Positions 41,155-58,563 of a stretch of DNA of 64,000 bases are shown here, one piece after another. The notes under the pieces were generated by a model that saw only the letters and a program-made list of their open reading frames with translations, searched no databases and had not been told where the DNA came from. Source of the stretch: the human T2T-CHM13v2.0 reference genome, Homo sapiens; the NCBI RefSeq assembly GCF_009914755.1, contig NC_060947.1. One strand, 5' to 3'. How positions within the stretch are numbered: the first letter of the stretch is position 1; each line of letters opens with the position of its first letter. The position numbers and the translations under genes were made by a program.

Positions 41155-42785
41155 AACCAAGGCTTCAGTAGGTAAACAAAGCGTCCAGGAAGCTCAAACT
41201 GGGTGGAGCCCACCACAGCTCAAGGAGGCCTGCCTGCATCTGTAGACTCCACCTCTGGGGGCAGGGCATTGCCAAACAAAAGGCAGCAGAAACCTCTGCA
41301 GACTTAAATGCCCCTGTCTGACAGTTTTGAAGAGAGTAGTGGTTCTCCCAGAATGCAGCTGGAGATCTGAGAACAGACAGATTGCCTCCTCAAGTGGGTT
41401 TCTGACCCCTGAGTAGCCTAACTGGGAGGCACCCCCCAGTAGGGGCAGACTGACACCTCACAGAGCCGGGTACTCCTCTGAGACAAAACTTCCAGAAGAA
41501 CGATCAGGAAGCAACATTTGCTGTTCAACAAAATCTGCTGTTCTGCAGCCTCCGCTGCTGATAACCAGGCAAACAGGTTCTGGAGTGGAACTCCAGCAAA
41601 CTCCAACAGACCTGCAGCTGAGGGTACTGACTCTTAGAAGGAAAACTAACAAACAGAAAGGACATCCACACCAAAACCCCATGTTTGTCACCATCATCAA
41701 AGACCAAAGGTAGATAAAACCACAAAGATGGGGAAAAAACAGAGCAGAAAAACTGGAAACTAAAAATCAGAGCACCTCTCCTCCTCCAAAGGAACACAAC
41801 TCCTCACCAGCAATGGAATAAAGCTGGATGGAGAATGACTTTGAAGAGGTGGAGAAGGCTTCAGATGATCAAACTACTCCAAGCTAAAGGAGAAAGTTCA
41901 AAACCATGGCAAAGAAGTTAAAAAACTTGAAAAAAAGTTAGGCGAATGGCTAATCAGAGTAACCAATGCAGAGAAGTCCTTAAAGGATATGACAGAGCTG
42001 AAAAACATGGCACGAGAACTACGTGACAAATGCACAAGCCTCAGAAGCTGATTCAATCAACTGGAAGAAAGGGTATCAGTGATGGAAGATCAAATAAAGG
42101 AAATGAAGCAAGAAGAGAAGTTTACAGAAAAAAGAATGAAAAGAAATGAACAAAGCCTCCAAGAAATCTAGGACTATGTGAAAAGACCAAATCTATGTCT
42201 GCTTGGTGTACCTGAAAATGACGGGGAGAATGGAACAAAGTTGGAAAACACTCTGCAGGATATAATCCAGGAGAAATTCCCCAATCTAGCAAGGCAGGCC
42301 AACATTCAAATTCAGGAAACACAGAGAACACCACAAAGATACTCCTCGAGAAGAGCAACTCCAAGACACATAATTGTCAGATTCACCAAAGTTGAAATGA
42401 GGAAAAAATGTTAAGGGCAGCCAGAGACAAAGGTAGGGTTACCCACAAAGGGAAGCGCATCAGACTAGTGGCTGATCTCTCAGCAGAAATTCTATAAGCA
42501 AGAAGAGAGTGGGGACCAATACTTAACATTCTTAAAGAAAAGAATTTTCAACCCAGAATTTCATATCCAGCCAAACTAAGCTTCATAAGTGAAGGAGAAA
42601 TAAAATGCTTCACAGATAAGCAAATGCTGAGAGATTTTGTCACCACCAGGCCTGCCCTAAAAGACCTCCTGAAGGAAGCACGAAACATGGAAAGGAACAA
42701 CCAGTACCAGCCACTGCAAAATCATGCCAAATTGTAAAGACCATCAAGGCTAGAAAGAAACTGCATCAACTAACGAGCAAAATAA

Positions 42786-46139
<3,354 letters not shown>

Positions 46140-46458
46140 TGAGTTCATGTCCTTTGTAGGGACATGGATGAAACCGGAAACCATCACTCTCAGCATACTA
46201 TCGCAAGGACCAAAAACCAAACACCGCATGTACTCACTCATAGGTGGGAATTGAACAATGAGAACACATGGACACAGGAAGAGGAACATCACACATCGGG
46301 GCCTGTTGTGGGGTGGGGGGAGGGGGGAAGGATAGCATTAGGAGATATACCTAATGTTAAATGAAGAGTTAATGGGTGCAGAACACCAACATGGCACATG
46401 TATACATATGTAACTAAGCTGCACGTTGTGCTCATGTACCCTAAAACTTAAAGTATAA

Positions 46459-46493
<35 letters not shown>

Positions 46494-46495
46494 AA

Positions 46496-47068
46496 CAGCC
46501 CAATTTTATGTGGATCAGTGCTCCTAATGGCTTAGGGTAAAATGACAGCTACAGTGTATCTAGAATGTTAAAGTGGCATGTCTTAGACAACGTGGATGTA
46601 CATAAGGTATTTGAGAGAATACTCCATAATAGCAAAAAACTTTGTAAAGACTAAAATATTAAATAAGACCTTTTTTTCCTGAGCAATAATTTGCCCAGGC
46701 TGGTCTCAATCTCTTGGCCTCAAACGATCCTCCTGCCTTGGCCTCCTAAAGCATTGGGATTATAGGCGTGAGCCACTGCTCCTGGCCAGAATTCTTGATT
46801 AAACAATAGGGTCTAAATAAATTTAAAACCCTTTTATTCTTTTTATTCTTACAGGGTAGACTCAAATATTCTATTTCTTTCCAACTTTGTAGTCTTGTCA
46901 TAACAACCCAATATTCTCTGGGGCAAGTGGATGCTTATGACCAACTGGCCTGAAATGGGGGAATATAGGGTTAGTGGTGAGTCACGTCTAAGAAAATGCA
47001 AGAGAATAGCACCGTATCACATTTCAAAATAAAATACAATCTACATATAAAACTGAAATAAATAAATA
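46496..47068 (+). other. L1 3'-transduced flank with second poly(A) tail
   Basis: Non-L1 sequence between the L1 tail and a second AATAAA (47028-47033) plus (TAAA)n. The TSD aataaatgtgca (40692-40703) recurs only at 47069-47080. Confidence 0.85.
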
Positions 47069-47117
47069 AATAAATGTGCAAAAGACCTGAATAGATATTT
47101 CTCAAAAGAAGACACAC

Positions 47118-47426
<309 letters not shown>

Positions 47427-48611
47427 AAAAGAAGACACACAAATGGCCAACAGATATATGGAAAAAGCCTCAACACCACTAATCATCAGGGAAATGCAAA
47501 TCAAAACCAAATGATATATCTTCACACCCTAATTAGAACAGCTATTATCAAAAAGACAAAAAGATATAATAAATGCTGGTGAGGATGTGGAGAAAGGGGA
47601 ATTCTTATGCACTGTTGGCAGGAATGTGAATTATTACAGCCATTATGGAAAACAGCATGGAGTTTCCTCAAATAATTAAAAATAGAGTTACTATATTCTC
47701 CAGCAATTCCACTATTGGATATATATCTACAAAAAGTAAAATTAGTATGTCAATTAGGAATCTAAAAACGTTGATTTCATAGAAGTAGAGAATAGAATAA
47801 TGGTTACTAGAAACTGGGATGTGGAGAGCAGGCAGTGTCACTAGGTGTGAGACAAGAGGAATATCTATTACATGGTAGGGTGAGTATAGCAAATAAGAAT
47901 GTAATGTATATTTCAGGATAACTAGAAATGAATAATAGTTAAAGTGATGGATATGGTAGTTATCAACATTTGATCATTATACAATGCATACCTACATTGG
48001 AAAACCACACTGTATCCCATAAATATATACAATTATTTTGTTCCAATTATACATTTTAAAATTACTTCACAGAAAGGAAAAAAGCTTCAATACATAGTTA
48101 ATTATTTTGCATCAAATGGAAAAAATAGAAAATACTTGTAAAGAAATAGAACGCATAAAGAAAAGAACCATATGGAAAGTCTTAGAACTGAAAAATCAAA
48201 TAAAAATAAAAATCACCTGTGGAAATGGTCAATGTAAGAATAGACATGACAGAAGATAGAATCAGCAAACTTGAGGACAGAAAAATAGAATTTACATCGT
48301 ATGAACAACAGAGAAAATAGACTGAAAAATAATGAAAGTCTCAGAAACTTGTGAAACAATAATAAAAGAGTTAACATTTATAATTGCTTCAAATAAAGTA
48401 AAAATCTTAAGTAAAATCTGTCAAAACATGTAAAGGAACTGTGTCCTAAAGATTTCAAATATTAATGGCAGAAATTAAAGAAGAGTTAAATAAAAGTAAA
48501 TACATACCGTATGCATAGATTGGAAGACCTAACATAGTAAAGATGTCAACTCTCCTATTTGATCTATAGGTTTAATGTAACATTTATGAAAGTTTGAGCT
48601 AAGCTTTATAG

Positions 48612-48909
<298 letters not shown>

Positions 48910-49344
48910 CATCTTAGATTACATGCAAATGCACAATATCTAGAATAGCTAGAATAATTTTAAAAGGGAAGTATATGGCTGAAAAAAGTATTCTACTCAA
49001 TGTTAAGGCTTACTGCATAGCTACTGTAATCAAGAAAGTACATTGTTTGGAGAACGAAAGAGATAACCCAGAAATACACTCACAGAAATATGTCCATCTG
49101 ATTTTGACAGAGGTGCAAAAGCAATTCAGTGGAGAAAAGACAGTAATAAACTGTCTTTTATTCAACAAATCTCAACAAATGGAGGAATTGAACATACGTA
49201 GAAAAAAATGGAAGTCCCACAAACTATCACAGTGTACCCCATAAATATGTACAATTATTATGCTTCAATTTGAAAATAAAACATTAAAACTATTAGACGT
49301 AAACCTCATATAAATATTAACTCAAAATGGAAAACTGGCTAAAA

Positions 49345-49516
49345 TGTGTATATATATTTATATATATGTATGTATATATGTATATAAGTATATATGTGTA
49401 TATACATATACACATGTATAGATGCATATACATATATACACATGTATATATGTGTATACATATATGTATATATGTATATATGTTATATGTATATATATAC
49501 ACACACATATATATAA

Positions 49517-49547
<31 letters not shown>
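49345..49547. repeat. (TA/TG/CA)n low-complexity tract
   Basis: Direct reading of the sequence. Confidence 0.9.
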
Positions 49548-49565
<18 letters not shown>

Positions 49566-49705
49566 TTCCAGACGGAGTTTCACTCTTGTTGCTCAGACTG
49601 GAGTGCAGTGGTGCAATCTTGTCTCACCACAACCTCTGCCTTCTGGGTTCAAGCAATTATTCTGCCTCAGCCTCCCAAGTAGCTGGGAATACAGGCATGT
49701 GCCAC
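49548..49705 (-). mobile_element. Alu right-arm fragment
   Basis: Poly-T plus reverse right monomer, cut at gtgccacg. Confidence 0.85.
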
Positions 49706-49763
49706 GAGGAACTTAAAAATTTACAAGAAGAAAACAATAACATTAAAAAGTGGGCAAAGGACA

Positions 49764-50738
<975 letters not shown>

Positions 50739-50789
50739 CTTTACTTTTGCAGAAGTTCACCAATCCTTTCAGCAAATTGGTCAGCAATA

Positions 50790-50936
50790 TAGTAGGCAAA
50801 AGTCATAAGTGAATATTGAGCACTTGAAATGTTGCCAGTTTGATAGGGAAATTGAATTCTTATTTTTATTTAGGTTTAATTAACTTAAATTTAAATAGCC
50901 ACATGTGACTAGGGCCTAGCTAGAAAATGCAGAGCT
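50790..50936. mobile_element. hAT-Charlie MITE (MER3/MER33-like)
   Basis: attgagcacttgaaatgt..taaatttaaatagccacatgtg.ctag. Confidence 0.55.
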
Positions 50937-51549
50937 AGAGGCAGAGCTCTGCATTTGCCTAGAAAGAGCAAAGCTAGTAAATGAAAACATTGTTTTATTG
51001 TAAAATAAGGAAGAAATGAATTAAGGGGCATGGAATAAAACTAAGGAAATGTAGGCATGATTTGTAATCTAGAAAATCAACGGGAAATGAAAACTTACTA
51101 GTGATAGCATACTATTTTATAAAAATGTATCCTTATCTTTATAGTTTGCTTTAATGTCTTTCTGAATTGAGAAAATAGGTTCCTGAAACTTATGAATGGT
51201 TTTGTGTGGCTGATAGCTCTTGCTAGTGAGTTTTTTGAAACTCAAAAATGTGTTAAGCAGATCCCTGTTTAAGATCATGCTAATTATAGAAAACAATAGA
51301 AAGCTTGAAAAGTTCTCAAGAACTACTAATGCTGATTGAATACTTTAAAAGAGGAGAGAGGAAGACCAAGAGCAGGATCGCTGGGAGGACAACACATCTT
51401 TAAGCTATACTTACCTTCTGGTCCTCTTTAAAAAGTGGCAAAGAAGCCCAAAAATTAAAGAAAGAAAATAAAGAAAAATGAAAGACCAGCCCTAGAAAGT
51501 TATTTTTATACAACCAGAGAGACCTCTTAAATACATTGTTGCTTACATC

Positions 51550-51715
51550 CAGTGGTGTGCTGGTAAACCTGCTCTTTAGGGGGGAAAAAAACTTAATTTG
51601 CAGTGTTTGCCAGTTTCCATTGTGTAAATACTTCCACCTTAGCCAATTTCAAGATACAGACAGTTTAACATCCAAATTTCGGAATATTTAACAATCAGCT
51701 CTTGTCATGCTGCCA
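51550..51715. mobile_element. MER63-like hAT DNA transposon relic
   Basis: cagtggtgtgctggtaaa terminus and atttaacaatcagctc. Confidence 0.5.
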
Positions 51716-51747
51716 ATCATTAGACTAGTTCAGATCTCGAGATACAG

Positions 51748-51753
51748 GTGTGC

Positions 51754-51786
<33 letters not shown>

Positions 51787-51805
51787 ACAGAGAGAGAGAG
51801 AGAGG
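51748..51805. repeat. (TG)n(AG)n microsatellite
   Basis: Direct reading of the sequence. Confidence 0.9.
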
Positions 51806-54321
51806 AGGTACTTGCCTTCCATAACTAAAGTGCTTCATTGCTTCATTTCTCTAGGTCTCTGTTTATGCTCATGCATGTATATTTGAACTCAGAAAGCAAG
51901 AAAATATAAGAAACAAAATTATAGTAAGGCATATTTAACATGTAGTGAATTTTCTCCCCTTTTAGCTTCAAAAATTAGGATGACCTTTTGTCTCCTTAAA
52001 GTATTGGCAGAATTGAGGCAAAGACTAAACTTTAGACAGGTTCCTCTTAGTCATATTTTTTACTAGGCGTCATCCTTGGTCCTTGTCTTCAGCCTATTTG
52101 TCCAGTTTAACAATAATTCTATTAATTTTGTTTACAGAGAGTTCCCCACCCTTGATATTTGATCATCCTCATTTCTGATCAAATTCCTCATTCCTCGCCT
52201 TGATATCTGATCACCTTGGCCATCAGCAAGAATCCTGTTACATTGGTTTAGCAAGAATTGCCTCCAATGTGAAGTCTCCTCTTAGTAATTCCATCTAGTG
52301 AACCTGCCATTCTGCTCATTGACTATATATTCCCTGGGTTCTTTGCTGTATTCAGAGTTGAACCCAATCTCTCACCTCTATTGTGACAGTCCTGATACCT
52401 ACTTTAATAATCCTGAATCAAGTTTTCCTTACATTTTAACAAGTGTCAGAATAATTTTCCACAGTTATGGGGCTACAACTTAGCATCAAATGTGTCATTG
52501 GACCCCCAGACTTCTCACCCAAGACCCTAAGTGTACGCCATTGAAGCCTTTGTCTTCACTCCTTAGTTATTGATCAGAGATCCATTGGTGAGTCCAACTC
52601 TTGAGCCAGTGCTCTGGATGACAGTCCACTGAAGCATGTTAAGGACAGATTTTAATTCCTAGGATTCTGAGTACATTCTCCGAAGCTCAATTAGATATCT
52701 TGAAAGGTACTTCCTAAGCTGGAAGTTCCTCCTGGAACTTTTGAGTGGATATTCACTTACCCGTGGCTCGGAATTTTTTTTTTTCTTGGCTGCTTGTGAG
52801 GCCTCTTTGTTCTATTTGATCCTGCTTTTCCCATAGGAAATTTTCTGTCAACTGAACCTCCCTTTGTTGAACCCTTGGTAACTATATGTTCTACCACTAT
52901 GGTGCTAACTGCCCACTTTCTACCTTGTTGGCATGATTTTACTGAGAAAATTGGAACTCCATTGGCTTCTTCAGAAAACTTAAATCTATCCAAACTTGCT
53001 CATCTATGACCTCTCCCTTCCGATAACTTCTGCTCCTCCCTCCTTCTTTTACCACCTTCCATCTTCCCTTCAGTTTCCTTGGATTCTTTGAAATGTCTTC
53101 CTTCACAACAGTCTACCTCCTCCACACATCCATCCATCCCTGCCAGACTTTTCCCTTCCCATTCCAGCTCCTAAATTCCCTACAGTCACTTGAACTTTAG
53201 GCCCCTCCTCCCCCATTAGGGCTCTCAAGGTATTTGGGGAACTTAAAACCAAGTACATATTGGAACAAAAGAAAATCTTAAAAGTCTCCTCCATGAATAT
53301 TGTTAAAAAGAAATATTGAGAAGGTAACATTTTTTTATCACCAGCAATACAATTCAGATAAAAATATGAAGCAGAGAGAAGATGAGAACCAGCTATTTTA
53401 AATAAACTGTTGAGTTTTATATTACTGTATTTATCAGACTCATGACAAATTTCAGAATAAAAGCTATAGTGTCTATTTGCATCTGTCTGTGTATGTTTGG
53501 GTATGTATGTATGTTATGTATATGCAATATTTTTTATTTCCAAATAACATTACCAAATTAATTCCTAAAATCATATAGTCTTTTCTGATAGGCTTAGGGA
53601 TAATCACATATGTAAATAAAACATTCCTTAAACTTCCAGAAATATAGAAACTAATCAAAATGTTTTTCAAGTATATGTAATTACATAAATTTGGTAAATA
53701 AGACTAGTTTGATATTATTGGTTTAACAAATATGGGTATGCCTTCTGAGTTATCAGCATTAAGTACATAGGGGAAGAAAAATACTTTCCACCCTTTCAAG
53801 TTCTCAGATAGGGCTCTAACAAGAGAAATATTGACAGATAAAAGCATACAAATGCATTTATTATTAGTTTTTTGTGACATGAAAGCCTTCATGATGAAAT
53901 GAAGACCTGAAGAAATAATTAAACCTGAGTTTTTTTATGATAGGTTTGATGAAGAGTGGAAAGTTTTGGAAGAATGTCATAAGACAAAGGGTATGAGCTA
54001 AGTGTAGTAAACTGAAAGGATCTTAACATAGCTCGTTCATTCAAATTCCTCTCACTGTCCCTCCATCTTCAGAGATAAGGATGCTCCTTTCCTCTGGGTA
54101 TTGGGAGGGAACCTGTTATATAAATCTGTTATTATCTACATTAGTGGAGAAGGACAGAGGAATGTCAGAGTCCTTCCTGACATTTCTCAAGTTCTTTTAG
54201 CTTAAAATAGTTAACATGCCAAGGTGCCATATTTTGTGATAGTGTCTTCTAAACCTATCGAGTATAATATGAACATACGTTTTTACTCTACTTGGTTTTA
54301 CTAGTGAAATAAGGTAATATT

Positions 54322-54880
54322 GTAACAGTGAAAAGGAAGTTTAGCACAACTAACCGCATTTCGCTCCTAGCCTCTGCATGGTGATATCTTTTAAATTACT
54401 TTTGCTTATCTCTGCATGCAGGGCAAACTAACTATGGAAGGAATTTAATTTATAGTTCTACTTTAAATCAAGGACAATAATGATATCTTTTCCAATGCTA
54501 ACCCCCCGAGGAAATAAGAAAGTATGTACATACTAATGATGTTATGCTAAAGATTGACAGGAACATTTGTGACCTGAATATTACACCATTCAAAGTCAAC
54601 GGAAAAAGAATAAAGAAGTTTCACAGTCCTCTTAGACCCTTGCTGCTGCCCAGATGTCTGTGGTCATTGGTCACCTCTTGACCTCACCCCCCACTTTTTC
54701 CTCCCTCCTCAGAGGAGGAGCCTAAAATTTATATTACCTTAAGATAGTTCTTTAGGATACTAATTCTGCTATCTTTTCTGTTTGCTGGCTCTGAATAAAG
54801 TTGTTTTCCTTGTCCAAATACCTTCTACCAACTTATTGGCTGTCATGCAGTGAGTGCTACAAGCACTGGACTTGGTTACT
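54322..54880 (+). mobile_element. ERV1-class solo LTR (subfamily uncertain)
   Basis: TGTAAC start, AATAAA near the end, ttattggctgtcatgcagtgag..ttggttac end. Confidence 0.5.
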
Positions 54881-54963
54881 AGATGTTCAAGATTATAAAA
54901 ATTATAGATTCAACCTAAGAACAGAAGTCCAAGTAAACAGCAGTAAAAATAAAACAAAAAAAT

Positions 54964-55229
54964 AGCTGGGCATGTGGCTCATGCCTGTAATTCCAGCACT
55001 TTGGGAGGCCAAGGCAGGAAGATCACCTGAGGTCAAGAGTTCGAGACCTGCCTGACCAACATGGAGAAACCCCATCTCTACTAAAAATACAAAATTAGCT
55101 GGGCGTGGTGGCACATGCCTGTAATGCCAGCTACTCGGGAGGCTGAGGCAGGAGAATCACTTGAACTTGGGAGGAGAAGGTTGCGGTGAGCCAAGACTAC
55201 ATCTCAAAAAAAAAAAGAAAAAAATAATA
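54964..55229 (+). mobile_element. AluSp-like with small deletions
   Basis: cctgaccaacatggagaaacc and aaatacaaaattagc (Sp diagnostics). Confidence 0.85.
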
Positions 55230-55557
55230 AGTTTTTTTGGTTTTAACTTTTTGATACATTTCTAACATGCATGTGCTGTAAAAATAATTAACAGGAAAAT
55301 AATTTGAGATGATGACTAGCTAGTTTAATGTAATAATACATTTGCTTAAAAATACTTTTCAAAATCTTTTTGGTAACTTGCAAATTTAATGTTATGCTAA
55401 GTTAAGTAACATTAATTAAATATTTAGATCAATTCTAAGTAACATAAAATACAAATGTATTTATAAGTTTAAGTTTGTATACTCTTGGCCTCTTATTTTT
55501 ATATAATACAAAAAAATTAAATATATTCAAGTCTGCTATTAAAATGTTCTTATTGTT

Positions 55558-55862
<305 letters not shown>

Positions 55863-57489
55863 GACAGAAAGGACTTCGACAAAGAGGGAGTATCTAAGAG
55901 ACTCATAGAAAGGACTATGACTAGTATTACAGGGTACAGGCTTCTGAAGGCATTGCTTAAATAACTTGGAAATCATATCACTTGACTGCATGAGGATTTC
56001 CAGAATTTTAGTAGAGAAGATGATGGGTTCATCAAACTGTGAACCCAAGATTTAGAAGAATAGGAAGTAATTACACAGGATTGGATAAATTTATAAAGAA
56101 TGCTTATAATTTATTATGACTTTTTGAGTGGAAACTGGCTAGTTCTTTAATATCAATGTTCTGGATGTAAGGAAACTGTTTCCCTTTTCTCTTAAATTAT
56201 TTCTAATAATTAACAATTAGTAAATTATATATTTGTAAACAGAAATGCAACATTTAATTTTCTCCCTGTCTGTTCTCTCCAGAATCTGGAAATTCTTACT
56301 GAGTGATCTCATTTTTATTGTAATATAATTATTTGCATAAAGTAAATAAGAATATGTTCCACTTTTGAAGAGACATAATTGGAATCATTCATTGCATAAC
56401 CAAGACTTTGACTGGAATGTCGTATTTGATAAAGATGTGCATAGTGTCAGATATGACCAGACAGTTTTAATAAACTAAGGTTGATTGAGTGGAGCCAGTT
56501 CTTACAAAGCTTTCTTGGGGAAACCAGCCTGGTATCCGGCTTACAGAGTTTCCAGCCTTACAATGAGTGAGAAAGGTCTTCTTGGCAGGCCTTTGAACCT
56601 TGAAATCTTTGAGGGATCTCAAAAAGAGAGGACTCCACCTAGATCTAAGGGTTAAATTTGGCAGGTAAAATCTGGTGGTGTGTTCTCGGCTTGTCTTTCT
56701 AGCCTGGAGAGGATTTTCAAAGTCTAATCTGAGATTTCACGTGAGAAGTTCCAGCAAAGCAGACTCAAAAAGACTTACGTGGTCAATTATCATTCTTGCC
56801 ACCATTATGTAAATAATCAAGCCAAATCTAATAATTTGAGACTTATTAACTAAAGAAGAATAAAAAAGACTGGGGGAAACATAAAGAGGGAAACTTTATG
56901 ATTCAATGGAAAACTGTAACACACCCTTGTAGGTTATTAGATTTGAGTCTTATTAATTGTCTTTGAGGTTTTTTTACTTAACGTATAACTGTACTGGATC
57001 TTTCAACCTTCCATATTTAATCAGTCCTTATCAACTTGTCAATTCTTCTAATTTTCTCTAATATCTGGCTACAACCTCCAAAACTAATGTTTTCAATTTT
57101 TCTTCCACTTTCCTGACTTGGAGTCACTAAGAACCGAAATCTTACTGCTCAGATTGAGACTATCTGAAAAAGCCCTGTTAGAAAAAGCTGGATGTTTCTA
57201 TACTCTGCTCTTGGGAAATAACCATGACTGTGACACTGATGTTTATACCATCACCAGAGACATCCAAACTGCAGACCAGGAAATCCATCAGATGGTTCCT
57301 GCTGTCCTCACTTTATCATCTAAAGGTCTAAAGATGCTTTAATCCCAATATCTAGAAATGTTTAACCAACATCAAGAAATCTTCTCAACTGGCTGCTCTC
57401 TGGACTCAGAAACTGGGTTAATAGTCTGCTCCAACTATTAATCATTGTTATTTTATTTTATTTTCATATAAAATTTTCTCTTTAAATGC

Positions 57490-58057
57490 CAGGGGTGGGC
57501 AATTCTCAGAACTGAGGGTTCCTCCTCCTTTTATACCATATAGGGTAACTTCCTGGCATTGCCCCCTACAACTGGGGAACACACAGCAGTCATGAAAGTC
57601 CCAGTTGCTCCAGCCTTGGGACCAGGGGACCTTGCAGCCTGTCACTCAGAGAGCTGTTATGGAGCATCTGCTCTGTGCCAGCTCTGTACCAGGCAGTCAG
57701 CAGGGCAGGTGCAGTGGCTGCCCTCATGGATTGCCATGGCATCTGTAAACTGTTGTGGGAGCACTGATGGGAGTGCCTTTTAGCATGCTAATGCATTATA
57801 ATTAGCATATAATGAACAGTGAGGATGACCAGAGGTCACTTTTATTGTCATCTTGTTTTTGGTGGGTTTGGGCTTGCTTCTTTACCACAACCTGTTTTAT
57901 CAGCAAGGTCTTTGTGACCTGTACCTTGTGCCCACCTCCTATCCCATCCTGTGACTTAGAATGCCTAACCCCTGGGAATGCAGCCCAGTAGGTCTCAGCC
58001 TTATTATACCCAGCTCCTATTCAAGATGGAGTTACTCTGGTTCAAATACCTCTAACA
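57490..58057 (-). mobile_element. MER41B-type LTR, 3'-truncated, carrying a foreign insert
   Basis: The minus strand begins TGTTAGAGGTATTTGAACCAGAGTAACTCCATCTTGAATAGG and is homologous to 60790-61415. Confidence 0.85.
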
Positions 58058-58513
58058 TAATATTATGTGTGAATATTCATTAACAAGAATGGTTTTTGAG
58101 AATATGTACCTATATCAATACAATTCCCTCTATATATTAAACAAGTCATTAAACACGATTGCTGGCCTAGCCTTTGCCTGTCATATGTGTCTTAGATATT
58201 TTTCCACTTTATTATTTGTTTTTTGACTCTTCTATCTTGCCCTTGCAAAAATATTAAATTTCCCAATTTAAAAGAAAAAAAAAAACACTTCTCTGAGAAA
58301 GAGAAGGGGAACAACAAACCTGGTCTCAAGGCCAGCAACTGTGATGTGGAAGGAAAAGATAACAGAGAAATAAAATTTACCCAAACCTTATAAAATAGAA
58401 GATTGTGGGGGTCAGATAAATACTAGTGAAAAAAAGAAAGGAGAGGGGTAAGGGAGTAAAACTCCAAAGCAAACCCATGATAATACTACCTAATTTTCAA
58501 AACAATGTAGCAT

Positions 58514-58563
58514 TCACTATGTTCTACTATTTTTCTCATCACTATGTTCTACTATTTTTCGCA
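58514..58563. repeat. 2 x 25-bp tandem duplication
   Basis: tcactatgttctactatttttc(t/g)ca twice. Confidence 0.9.
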
